The notes below the pieces were generated by a model that was not told the origin of the DNA, made no database searches, and was given only the letters and a program-made list of their open reading frames with translations. Below are positions 47,506-59,100 of a stretch of DNA of 64,000 nt, one piece after another. This DNA comes from Planctomycetota bacterium (GTDB lineage Bacteria; Planctomycetota; UBA1135; UBA2386): NCBI GenBank assembly GCA_046290465.1, contig JBKAGP010000001.1, positions 4,224,001 through 4,288,000 of the forward strand. The letters run 5' to 3'. Numbering within the stretch: position 1 is the stretch's first letter; every line of letters begins with the position of its first letter. The translations under genes were made by a program, and so were the position numbers.

Positions 47506-47532
47506 CGTTGGGGATGGTCGGGTGTTCCGGCC

Positions 47533-47649
47533 GGACTGGCGTTGGAGCTGCACTGGGCCGTTGGAGGCGCACTGGCCGTTGGAGCCGCACTGGCCGTCGG
47601 AGGCGCACTGGCCGTTCGAGGCATACGGGCCGTTCGAGACACTGGGCCG
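47533..47649. repeat. Degenerate ~18-bp tandem array (about 6 copies)
   Basis: Consensus cactggccgtt(g/c)gaggcg, with copies at 47551, 47570, 47588 and 47606 and degenerate flanking copies. Confidence 0.9.
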
Positions 47650-47791
47650 CAGATTCCGGTGCGGATCGAGCCGTCGCTGCCGCTGGTCGGAACGCCGTCT
47701 TCCCGCTCCCATGGTCCTGTTCCGATTCGTTCCTGCCCCTGCCGCGTCGGGCCCCTTTGACTTGGCCCGACGTGCGTCTTCAGCTACCGGC

Positions 47792-48409
47792 GTGTCCTCG
47801 GACCCTGAGCAGACCGCCCAGCTCCTCGAGCGCTGGCACGGCGGCGACCGCGGCGCGCTCGACGAGCTGCTGCAGCGCAACCTCGAGTGGGTCGAGGGCT
47901 ACGTGCGTCGCAGGCTCGGCAACCAGCTTCGTCGCAAGGAGGAGACCGTCGACGTCGTGCAGGACGCCTGCATCGACATCCTGACGTACGGCCCCCGCTT
48001 CGTGGTGCCGGACCGCGACCGCTTCCGCGCCCTGCTCGGTCGGATGGTCGAGAACAACCTGCGCGACCGGCGCGACTACCACAACGCCAAGCGTCGCGAC
48101 ATGCAGCGCGAGGAGAGCATGCCGAGCCGTTCCGTGCTGCGCCTCGGCGAGACGCCGAGCCAGATCGTCGCACGAGACGAACACGCGCAGATGACGCGGC
48201 TGGCCATCGACCTGCTGCCGCCGCAGGAACGTGACGTCGTGGTGATGCGCGAATACGACCAGCTGCCGTTCGAGGAGATCGCCGAGCGCGTCGGGCTCAG
48301 CGCGTCGGGTACCCGCAAGTGCTACCAGCGCGGGCTCGTGGCGCTCGCGCGCAAGGTCAAGTCCCTGCGCGCGGGGCTGCTCGACGAGGCGCTGGAGGAC
48401 GACGCGTGA
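47792..48409 (+). CDS. ECF RNA polymerase sigma factor (planctomycete-type, kinase-associated)
   Basis: GDRGALDELL, DVVQDA and LPFEEIAERVG motifs; GTGA-coupled to the kinase. Start approximate. Confidence 0.88.
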   Translation: MSSDPEQTAQLLERWHGGDRGALDELLQRNLEWVEGYVRRRLGNQLRRKEETVDVVQDACIDILTYGPRFVVPDRDRFRALLGRMVENNLRDRRDYHNAKRRDMQREESMPSRSVLRLGETPSQIVARDEHAQMTRLAIDLLPPQERDVVVMREYDQLPFEEIAERVGLSASGTRKCYQRGLVALARKVKSLRAGLLDEALEDDA

Positions 48410-51400
48410 GTGGCGGCGGCGATTTCGACCGCCTCGAGCGTGCGCTCGAGGTGTTCGCGGCGTGGGAGGCCGACGGCATGCCGGTGTCCGGCGCCGCGCT
48501 GCTGGCCGCGCACGAGGACCTGCGCGAGGTGCTCGAGCCGCTGGTCGCCGATGCGACCGGCGAGGTCGACGAACCAGAGCCCGATCCCCAACTCGAGATC
48601 GACGGCTTCCGCATCGAGTACGAGCTCGGCCGCGGCGGCATGGGCGTCGTCTACGCGGCGCGCCAGGTGGCCCTCGACCGCACCGTGGCGCTCAAGGTGT
48701 TGCCGGCGGACGGCCGGGTCGAGCCGCGCGCGGTCGCCCGCTTCCGGCGGGAATCGTCGCTGCTGGCGTCGCTCGACCATCCGAGCCTGGTCGAGGTGCT
48801 GACCGTCGGGCGCGACCGCGGCTGCGAGTACTTCGCGATGGAGATGGTCGACGGCGTGCCGCTCAACCGCGTGCTGCGCGAACTCGGTGCCGCCGGGTCG
48901 GGTGTGCTCGACGGCAGCAGCGTCGGCAGCACCGTCGACGGGCTGCTGGCGCGTGCGGTGACGCGACGTCCGAAGACGGCGACCGCGGCGACCGCCTCCG
49001 GTTCGACGCAGCGCAGCCGCAGCCACTTCGACGAAGCCGCGCGGATCGTCTGGCAGATCGCCGACGCGCTCGCGCACGCGCACGACGCCGGGGTGCTGCA
49101 CCGCGACGTCAAGCCGTCCAACATCCTGCTGCGCCGCGACGGCCGCGCGGTGCTGACCGACTTCGGCCTCGCCCGCGAGGTCGGTCGGCCGTCGATGACG
49201 CAGAGCGGCGAGTTCGCCGGCACGGCCTACTACGCGGCGCCGGAGCAGGTGCTCGGGCGGTCGCGCGATCTCGACGGCCGCGTCGACGTGTTCGCGCTGG
49301 GCGTCGTGCTCTACGAACTGCTGACGCTGCACCGACCGTTCGAGGGCGCCAACAGCCACGAGGTCGCGCAGGCGGTGCTGCGCGACGAACCCGTCGACCC
49401 GTCGGTGCACAACCGCAGGGTCCCGAGCGATCTGGCGGCGATCGCGCTGCGCGCGCTCGAGAAGGAGCCGCGCCGCCGCTACCGGACCGCGCGTGAGATG
49501 GCCGACGACCTCGACGCGTTCTTGCACCACCGCCCGGTGCGCGCGCGGCGGGCGGGGCCGCTGCGGCGCCTGCAGCGCTACGTGCGGCGCGAGCCGTGGA
49601 AGGCGGCGCTGGCGCTGGTCGTGTTGGTGTCGGTTCCGTCGATTGCGTTCCTTAGCGGCTACCTGCAGGCGCGCGCGCCGCTGGTGGCGGCCGGTGAGCA
49701 GGAGCTGGCCCGGCGTCGCGTCGACGAACTGCTCGAGCGCGCCACGATGCTGCTCGAGCTGGGGGACGACGGTGCTGCTCTCGCGCTGGACGAGGCGCTG
49801 GCGCTCGATCCCGCCGATCCCGACACGATTGGCATGTTGGTGTGGGCGCGCTGCGACAGGGGCGACGGCATGTCGCTCGACGAACTGGACGCCTTGCTCG
49901 CCGGCTCGCAGCTCGCCGCCGCAGAGCGCGCGAGGCTGCGTGCGTCGGTGCTGCAACGCCTCGGCCGCGGCGACGAGGCGCGGGCCGTGTTGGCCGACCT
50001 CGAACCTGCTGGCAGCGCGGTCGCCGCGTTCTATGCGGGGCTGGCGGCGCTGACGCGCGGCCATGCGACCGGCGAACGTGCGGCCTTCGGGGCGGCGGCG
50101 GATGCGTTCGAGATGGCGGTGTTGCTCGCGCCGCGTCGCCGACCGCTCTACCTCAACAAGCTGGCCCACGCACTTGGCCACGCCGGCGACGACGACCGCC
50201 GCGCGGCGGTCGCCGCCGCGCTGCACCGGGCCTGGCCGGACTCGGTGTCCCAGCAGTACTGGAGCTACTTCGCCGAGAAGGACAGCGCCCGCAGCCGCGC
50301 CCGCGAACGGCTGCAGCGTGCGATCGCGCTGCGCAGCGGCAGCGGCACGCTGCACTACAACCTGGGCACGAGCTACCTGCGCAGCGGGCTGCCGCGCGAG
50401 GCGATCCCGGCGCTCGAGCGCGCCATCGAGATCGCGCCGGACTACGCGCCTGCGCACGGCAACCTCGCCAAGGCCCGCTTCCAGACCCAGGACCTCGAAG
50501 GCGCGATCGCGGCGATCGATGCGGCGCTCGCGCGCGAGCCGGACAACGCGCTGTTCGTCGCCAATCGCGGCCAGTTCCTGCTGGCCCAGGGCCGGACCGA
50601 CGACGCGGTCGCTGCGCACGACCGGGCGCTCGCGATCGACCCCGCGCAGCCGATCGCGCTCGCTGGCAAGGCCTACGTGCTCTACACCACGCGCGGCGCT
50701 GAGCCGTGTCGCGCGTTCTGCGAACAGCACCTCGAGGCCGGACACGTCAGTGAAGAGCTCTACCGCTACCTGGTGATGAGCCTGACGACCCTCGGTCGGC
50801 ACCAGGACGCGATCGCGGCCGCGGACCGGGGCATCGAGCGCTTCGGGCGCAGCGCCTGGCTGCACCTTCGTCGGGCCTATGCCGCGCGGCCCGTCGACCA
50901 CGCCGTCGCCGTGGCGTCGGCGCGACGCGCCACCGAACTCGCGCCCGGCCACCCGCTGATGCACGAGGCGCTGGCCAAGATGCTGCTCGATGGCCGGCCG
51001 GGGCCGACCGACTGCGAGCACGCGGCGCGCGCCTACACGCGACAGGCGGAGCTGTCGCCGAAGAACGGTCCGGCCCACCTCAACGCGGCGATCTCGTGGA
51101 TGCGCGCCGGTCGCCCGGGCGACGCCGTCGCGTGCATGCGCACCGCGACCGTCGAGGTTCCGGGGTGGGGGCCCGGCCACGAGAACCTCGGCGGGCTGCT
51201 GCTCGACCTCGGTCGCGTCGACGACGCGATCCTCGCATTGCAGCACGGCTGCGAGGTCGTGCCCGACCACGCCGGCGTGCGGTTCCGGCTCGCGTTCGCG
51301 CTGCATCGTCGCGCGTCGGTGCGCGGCGGCGAGCAGCCGGACGCGACCCGGGCCGACGTCGAGCGGGCGCTGGCCCTCCTGGAGGGACGGGAGGACGCCG

Positions 51401-51453
51401 AGTCGCAGCGGCTGCGTGCCGAGCTCGAAGGGATGCGCGGCGGCGAACGCTAG
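48406..51453 (+). CDS. Ser/Thr protein kinase with a TM segment and TPR repeats
   Basis: GRGGMGVVY, VALK, HRDVKPSN, DFG and APE motifs; TPR repeats (HYNLG, AHGNLA, HENLG). Confidence 0.93.
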   Translation: MSGGGDFDRLERALEVFAAWEADGMPVSGAALLAAHEDLREVLEPLVADATGEVDEPEPDPQLEIDGFRIEYELGRGGMGVVYAARQVALDRTVALKVLPADGRVEPRAVARFRRESSLLASLDHPSLVEVLTVGRDRGCEYFAMEMVDGVPLNRVLRELGAAGSGVLDGSSVGSTVDGLLARAVTRRPKTATAATASGSTQRSRSHFDEAARIVWQIADALAHAHDAGVLHRDVKPSNILLRRDGRAVLTDFGLAREVGRPSMTQSGEFAGTAYYAAPEQVLGRSRDLDGRVDVFALGVVLYELLTLHRPFEGANSHEVAQAVLRDEPVDPSVHNRRVPSDLAAIALRALEKEPRRRYRTAREMADDLDAFLHHRPVRARRAGPLRRLQRYVRREPWKAALALVVLVSVPSIAFLSGYLQARAPLVAAGEQELARRRVDELLERATMLLELGDDGAALALDEALALDPADPDTIGMLVWARCDRGDGMSLDELDALLAGSQLAAAERARLRASVLQRLGRGDEARAVLADLEPAGSAVAAFYAGLAALTRGHATGERAAFGAAADAFEMAVLLAPRRRPLYLNKLAHALGHAGDDDRRAAVAAALHRAWPDSVSQQYWSYFAEKDSARSRARERLQRAIALRSGSGTLHYNLGTSYLRSGLPREAIPALERAIEIAPDYAPAHGNLAKARFQTQDLEGAIAAIDAALAREPDNALFVANRGQFLLAQGRTDDAVAAHDRALAIDPAQPIALAGKAYVLYTTRGAEPCRAFCEQHLEAGHVSEELYRYLVMSLTTLGRHQDAIAAADRGIERFGRSAWLHLRRAYAARPVDHAVAVASARRATELAPGHPLMHEALAKMLLDGRPGPTDCEHAARAYTRQAELSPKNGPAHLNAAISWMRAGRPGDAVACMRTATVEVPGWGPGHENLGGLLLDLGRVDDAILALQHGCEVVPDHAGVRFRLAFALHRRASVRGGEQPDATRADVERALALLEGREDAESQRLRAELEGMRGGER

Positions 51454-51479
51454 ACGTTCCGGATAGGGTGCGTGGTGCC

Positions 51480-52277
51480 ATGACCGCCCGCCCCTCGACG
51501 ACTCTGTTGTTCGCGCTGCTGGCGCTGTTCGTCGCCGCCTGCCGCGCCGCACCCGAGGCCGCGCAGCGCGTGCGTATCGTCACCTGGAACATCCACCACG
51601 GCCGCGGCCTCGACGACCGCGTCGACCTCGCGCGCATCGCCGACGAACTGCGCGTGCTCGACGCCGACTTCGTGTTGTTGCAGGAGGTCGACGTCGGCGT
51701 GCGGCGCAGCGGGGAGATCGACATCCCGGCCGAGCTGGCCCGACGGCTCGGCATGAAGCCGGCGTTCTCGAAGAACATCCCGTACCAGGGCGGTGAGTAC
51801 GGCAACGCCATCCTCAGTCGCTGGCCGATCATCGCCATGCACAACCGCCACTACGACATGCTGCGCGAGGGCGAACAGCGCGGCCTGCTGACGGTGCGTG
51901 CTGACGCTCCGGCGGGCGCGATCGCGATCGGCTGCACGCACATCGATTCGCGCCGGGACGACGCCGAGCGCATGCAGAACGCGCCGGAGATCCTGGCGAC
52001 GGTCGCGGAACACGGGCTGGTCGCGGTCGGCGGCGACTTCAACGACGTGCCGGGCAGCCGGGTGCACGCCGCGCTGTGCGGTTCGTTGGTCGACTGCTGG
52101 AGCGAAGCCGATCCTGACGGCGAAGGCGGCACGTATCCGGCTGCGGCGCCGACTAAGCGGATCGACTGGCTGCTGCGTTCGACCGGCGCTGGCTGGCGCA
52201 CGCGGGCGGCGCGCGTCGTGCCGACCGAGGCGTCCGACCATCGTCCCGTCGTGTTCGAGCTGGTTCGGGAGCGCTAG
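51480..52277 (+). CDS. Endonuclease/exonuclease/phosphatase (EEP) family lipoprotein
   Basis: VAAC lipobox; TWNIH, LQEVD, GNAILSRWP, GGDFN, RID and SDH motifs. Confidence 0.9.
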   Translation: MTARPSTTLLFALLALFVAACRAAPEAAQRVRIVTWNIHHGRGLDDRVDLARIADELRVLDADFVLLQEVDVGVRRSGEIDIPAELARRLGMKPAFSKNIPYQGGEYGNAILSRWPIIAMHNRHYDMLREGEQRGLLTVRADAPAGAIAIGCTHIDSRRDDAERMQNAPEILATVAEHGLVAVGGDFNDVPGSRVHAALCGSLVDCWSEADPDGEGGTYPAAAPTKRIDWLLRSTGAGWRTRAARVVPTEASDHRPVVFELVRER

Positions 52278-52306
52278 GAGCGCCAACCAGGAGAAGTGCC
52301 AGCGGA

Positions 52307-53026
52307 TCAAGGCCTGGCGCAGACGAACAGCGGGCGGCCGTCGGGCTGCAGCGTTCGTTCGCGGACCACGAAGCCGACGTCGTGCAGCAGATCGTGCCAG
52401 GTCGCGCGTGCAAACACGCCGAACTCGTGGTGGTCGTGCACGACCCTCGTGATGCCGTTCTCACGGAGCATCAGCACCATGTCACAGCGGGCGACGGTCG
52501 CGTCGTCGTCGCTGGGGGCGTGCAGCCACTCGAAGTAGCGCAGCGAACGGGCGCCGTGGTCCGCGCCGCCGTGGTCGGTGCCCGGCGTGAACGTCTCGCG
52601 CACGCAGTCCGGCACGAACAGCGCCGTGCCGCCGGGCCGACAGTGCTCGTGGGCGGTCGCCATGACCGCGCGCAGGTCCGCCGCGGTGGTCATGTAGCAG
52701 ACCGCATCGTGCACGAACACCGCGTCGAACGCGCGGCCGAGGCGCAGCGTGCGCATGTCGCCCTGGACGTGCTCGGCCTCGGGATTGCGTCGGCGACTCT
52801 GCTCCAGCATCGACGGTGACAGATCGGTCAGCGTCCACGCGAACCGGTGGCGCATCTGCGACGCACAGTGGCCGCCGCCGCTACCGAGCTCGAGCGCGTC
52901 GAGGCGGTCCTCGCCGTGGCCGGCGCGCAGCAGCTCGGCGTAGAGCGCCGCCTCCTCCTGGTAGTCCTCCGGTGGCGACAGCAGCGGCCACCATGCGGCG
53001 AGGTCCTGGTAGAGGCGCGGCTGCAT
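52307..53026 (-). CDS. Class I SAM-dependent methyltransferase
   Basis: LELGSGGG, DLSPSML, GDMR and FDAVFVHDA motifs. Confidence 0.88.
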   Translation of the reverse strand: MQPRLYQDLAAWWPLLSPPEDYQEEAALYAELLRAGHGEDRLDALELGSGGGHCASQMRHRFAWTLTDLSPSMLEQSRRRNPEAEHVQGDMRTLRLGRAFDAVFVHDAVCYMTTAADLRAVMATAHEHCRPGGTALFVPDCVRETFTPGTDHGGADHGARSLRYFEWLHAPSDDDATVARCDMVLMLRENGITRVVHDHHEFGVFARATWHDLLHDVGFVVRERTLQPDGRPLFVCARP

Positions 53027-53031
53027 GGCGA

Positions 53032-54663
<1,632 letters not shown>

Positions 54664-54838
54664 GCGAGGGCGAGCAGGTTAGCGATCCAGGTGGCTCGGG
54701 CCACTGCGGATGTGGCTATGCGGGCGGGCGAAAAGACGGGGCGCCCTCAATGCGGACTGCGCACGAGGGCCTCCTCCAAGATCGCACGGGTCCTGCTCCA
54801 ATGGCATCCACCAACGTCTCACCACCAGGAGAAGCCAG

Positions 54839-55282
54839 ATGAACTTTCGTTCGTTCGCGATCACGATCGCCGCGCTGGCAGCGCCCGTCGCTGCGCAGTT
54901 CAACGTCTGCAGCTCGTCGCTGCTAGGCACCGGCTGCGGCCCGACCCTCGACGTCACGTTCACGCCGGTCGGCAACGCCGGCAACCAGCAGATCACGATC
55001 TCGGGTGGCGGCCTCGACCCGGCCGGCATCACCGTCATGGTCTGGGGCCTCAACAACCTCGGCGGCTTCCCGCTGCCGCTCGGTGGCTGCCCGGTCTACA
55101 CCGAGTACCTGTGGGGCCACAACATCAACCCCGACGCCGCAGGCTTCTACTCGTGGAGTCGCAGCTGGCCAAACTCGGTCCAGGGCCAATACAACATCCA
55201 GCTCGGCACGCTCTACGTGAACGCGAACAACGAGTTCGCCATCGAGACGTCGGAAGCCCGCGTCGCGATCTGCACGCAGTAG
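54839..55282 (+). CDS. Small secreted beta-rich hypothetical protein
   Basis: SD AGGAG; signal peptide ending VAA-Q; four Cys. Confidence 0.8.
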   Translation: MNFRSFAITIAALAAPVAAQFNVCSSSLLGTGCGPTLDVTFTPVGNAGNQQITISGGGLDPAGITVMVWGLNNLGGFPLPLGGCPVYTEYLWGHNINPDAAGFYSWSRSWPNSVQGQYNIQLGTLYVNANNEFAIETSEARVAICTQ

Positions 55283-55300
55283 CGCCGACCGCCGCGGCGG

Positions 55301-56086
55301 CTACTTGAACTCGTTGCCGCCGCCGCCCGCACCGCTGGCGACCTCGATGTCGCCGTTGTGCGTCTTCAGGAACAGGCGGCCGTCGGTGTTCGCCTCGCCG
55401 AGCCGGCAGCGCAGGCTGCGCCTCTTGATGTCGGCGTCGTGGATCGTCGCCGGCGGGTCGATGTGCCCGTTGTGCGTCGCCGCTTCGAGCCAGCAGCGGG
55501 CGTCGGCGCTGACGACGACGTCAATGTCGCCGTTGTGCGAGACGATGCGGCCGTCGAGGTCCGCGCCCGATTCGATGGCCAGCTCGACCTCGCCGTTGTG
55601 GGTCTCGACCCAGACCTTCTGGTTCTGCACGGCGCCGATCACGTCGCCATTGTGGGTCTCGACGCGCAGCGCGCCGGTGGTGCCGTCGGTGCGCACGTTG
55701 CCGTTGTGCGTCAGCAGCGTCAGCGCCAGGTGCTCGGGCACCTTCATCGTGTAGGTGAACGAAGGCGAACGGTTGTTGAGGTCGGGACGCGGGTACTTGC
55801 CGTAGATCTTGAGCGTCTCGCCGTGCACCTCGTGGGCGACCGACAGCAGCCGCAGGTTGTCGTCGGCCTCCTCCTGCGTGTGGCCGCGCACCTTCATGAC
55901 CGTATGCAGCTGGATCGTGTCGCTGGCGTCCCCGCGGGTGATCGTGATGTCGCCGTTGTGGGTCTTGCAGTGCAGCGCGATCGCCTGCTCGAGTGGGACC
56001 TCGGCCTCGACGGTCTTGCTGGCGGTGAAGCGCGGGTAGGAACAGGCCACCGTCAGCAGCGGCACGAAGAGCAGGGCGGTTCGCAT
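55301..56086 (-). CDS. DUF4097-like beta-strand repeat lipoprotein
   Basis: TVAC lipobox; seven (T/S)HNG(D/N/E/H)(I/V) repeats. Confidence 0.85.
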   Translation of the reverse strand: MRTALLFVPLLTVACSYPRFTASKTVEAEVPLEQAIALHCKTHNGDITITRGDASDTIQLHTVMKVRGHTQEEADDNLRLLSVAHEVHGETLKIYGKYPRPDLNNRSPSFTYTMKVPEHLALTLLTHNGNVRTDGTTGALRVETHNGDVIGAVQNQKVWVETHNGEVELAIESGADLDGRIVSHNGDIDVVVSADARCWLEAATHNGHIDPPATIHDADIKRRSLRCRLGEANTDGRLFLKTHNGDIEVASGAGGGGNEFK

Positions 56087-56152
56087 GGGATCGTGGCGCG
56101 GGTCGCGCGCGGCCCCTACGGACCGTCGCGCGGAGATTTCGGGGGTGTGCCG

Positions 56153-59100
56153 CTACGGCAGCGGACGGGTGTAGGTGACCGTGAGCACGGGCGGGTTGCT
56201 GCCCTCACGGGTGCTGAACCGCTTGGCCGTCGTCGTCGCCCCCTCGTTGCCGACCAGCGCCCAGCCGAAGTTGCTGAACGTCGCGTCGAGCCAGCCCTGC
56301 ACGTCCGACGACAGGTCGCCGGACACATCGGTGCCGGGCGCGCCGACCATGATCGTGGCCGTCGCCGCAGCGAACGAGCCGCCGGCGCTGGACCACGCCG
56401 TGGACGGTGTCGTGCGGTTGGCCCAGGTGGCGCCGCCGCCGGCCGCAACGGCGCCGAGGCCGCCGGGGTTGCCGGCGTTGGACGAGCCTTCGGTCCAGGC
56501 CTGGGTCAGGCGCCGGATCGCGATGCTCTGGTTGCCGGTCACCGCCGGGGTGTCGGACACCAGCGTCAGCGTCGCGTTGGTCACGGTCGAGCCGGCCGGC
56601 ACGCTCGAGATGTCGAACTGCACCAGGCCACGGCGAGAGAGCGTGCTCGAGGTTCCGGCCGTTCTGCCGACGATCAACTGGGTGCCGGCGCCGTTGCTGT
56701 TGTTGGTCGCCTCCTGGTAGATCGTGTTGTCGGCGGTCGCGTTGAGCATGATCGTCTCGCTGTCCGCCACCGACGTGAACGGCAGGGTCGTCGAGCCGCT
56801 GCCGCCCGGGCCGGTCGCCGTCAGCTTGACCGTGTAGGCGGTCTGGCTGCTGGTCGGGAACAGGTTGGCGATGGTGTCGGTGACCGTGACGCCGGTGCGA
56901 TCGGTCGAGCCGTTGTTGTCGAGGTCCCAGGCGTAGCTGGTCGCGTTGCTGGAGCCCGACGCGTCGAGCGTGACGGTCTGCGCCTCGTAGCCCGACGTCG
57001 CCGGCACCGCCGAGATCGTGATCGTGAAGCTCGCGGTCACGACGCCGTTGGCGGTGATGCCGGTGGTGGCCATGTCGGTGCCGCCGGGACCGGTCGCCGT
57101 CAGCGTGACCGTGAACGAGCCGCTCGACGTGAACGTGTGCGTCGGGTTCTCGGTGGTCACGGTCGGCGAGCCGTCGCCGAAGTCCCACGAGTAGCTGGTC
57201 GCGCCGGTCGACGTGTTGGTGAACGTCACCGCGAACGGCACCGTGCCGGAGCTGGTCGACGGCGTGAAGCCTGCGACCACCGGGGTGAACACCTCGATCA
57301 GGTTGGTCTTGGTCTCGGTCGCCGAGCCGGCCACGTTGGTCGCCGTCATCGTCACCGTGTAGGTGCCAGGCGTCGTGTAGGTGTGGTTCGGGTTCTGCGT
57401 CGTCACGGTCGACGAGCCGTCGCCGAAGTCCCACAGCCAGCTGGTCGGGTCGCCGGTCGACGTGTCGGTGAACGTCACCGCCAGCGATGCGGGACCGCTC
57501 GTCGGCGTCGCCGTGAAGTCCGGGACCGGCGTTCCGATCGCCGTGATCAGGTTCGCCTTGGTGACCGAGTTGGTCGTGGTCGCGTTGCTGGCGGTCAGCG
57601 TCACCGTGTAGCTGCCCGCCGTCGCAAACGTGTAGCTCGGGTTCTGCTCGGTCGAGTCGACGTTGCCGTCGTTGTCGAAGTCCCACTCCCACGCCGTCGG
57701 CACGCCGGTCGACGCGTCGGTGAACTGCACCGTCAGCGGGATCGCGCCGGAGGTCACGTCGGTGGTGAAGTCGGCGACCACCCCGGACGTCTCGTCGAGG
57801 AACGCGACGATCAGGTCGGTCGAGTCCGAGTTGCCGAGGTTGGTCGCGGCCGTCTTGTAGACCGAGAAGCCGACGCTGTAGGTGCTGCTCGCCGAAGCGA
57901 ACGTCGTGAACTGCGGTTCGGTCGAGTCGCCGTTGCCGTCGGTCGCCTCGAGCGTCGTCAGGCTGTAGCGATACGGCAGCACGTTGCCGGCGAGCGCCTG
58001 CGCCACGTCGACCAGGAATACGTCGACGGCGCCGTTCTCGTCGCTGCGCAGGATGTCGATGTTGGTCGCGGCCGACTCGAACGCGATGTTGGCGCCGTCG
58101 GCGCCGATCACCGGGTTGCGCGCGTCGCCGTCGCCGATCACGTCGAGGCTGGTCGACAGCAGGCGGTTGAGCATCGTCGTGTTGCCGCTGTCGCTGTCGA
58201 ACACGTAGACGTTGGTGGTCGCGGTCAGCGCCGCCGCCAGGTCGGTCTTGTCCGACTCGAACGCGACCAGCGTGCGGCCGCCGCCGGCGACGTAGATGCT
58301 CGCGTCGGCGCTGGCGCCGCCGGTGCCCTCGGCGCCGGCCGAGGTGACGCTGGCGCGGTTCTTGGTGAACGGCGCGCTGCCGCTGACGTCGCTGTAGAAG
58401 ACGTCGCGCACGCCGTTGGTGTCGCTGCCGATCAGGTCGGTCGCGTCCGACTCGAACGCCACGCCGACGCCGGTCGGATCGATGCTGGGCGCCTCGCTGC
58501 TGCCGTCGCCGCCGGTCGCCTGGTTGGTGGTCTGGTGGCTGATCAGGTGCGTGTCGTTGGTGCCGAGGTTGCGCACGTAGACGTCGAAGCCGCTGCTGCC
58601 GTTGCCGTCGGTGAAGCCCGCGACCAGGTCGGTGGCCTGCGACTGGAACGCGACCAGGTTGCCGGTCGCGCCGCCGATCACCGGAGTGGTCGACGCGCCG
58701 TTGCCCTCGTTGGTGGTGCCGTTGGTGGCGCTCACCAGCGTGGCGTTGCCGTTGACCTGCAGCGACAGGTTGCCGCTGGCGTCCGAGATCAGGTCGACCG
58801 CGGTGCGGAACACGTCGGTCGCACCGTTGGTGTCGCCGGCGACCAGGTCGGTCGCGTCGGACTGGTAGACGATGTAGAGCGTGCCGACGGTGCCCGGCGC
58901 GGTGAAGCTGCCGTTGGGCACGTAGATCATCTGGGGCCTGGTCGAGGCGGCGTCACCGGCGTTGGTCGTGCTGGCGGCGCGGCTGACGAGCGTGACGTCG
59001 CAGACTGCGTCGGCGGCGGTCACCGGGAAGCCGGCGGCCTCCCAGTCGTCGATCTGCTGGATGAACACGGCCGAACCGCCCGGCACCGTGCGGGGCTCGC

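Noticed and set aside
47533..47649. CRISPR array
   Set aside because: Contiguous ~18-bp units with no unique spacers; no cas genes in the window.
55280..55304. Bidirectional terminator formed by the two stop codons (gtagcgccg...cggcggctac)
   Set aside because: Imperfect short stem without U-tracts; cannot be supported from sequence alone.
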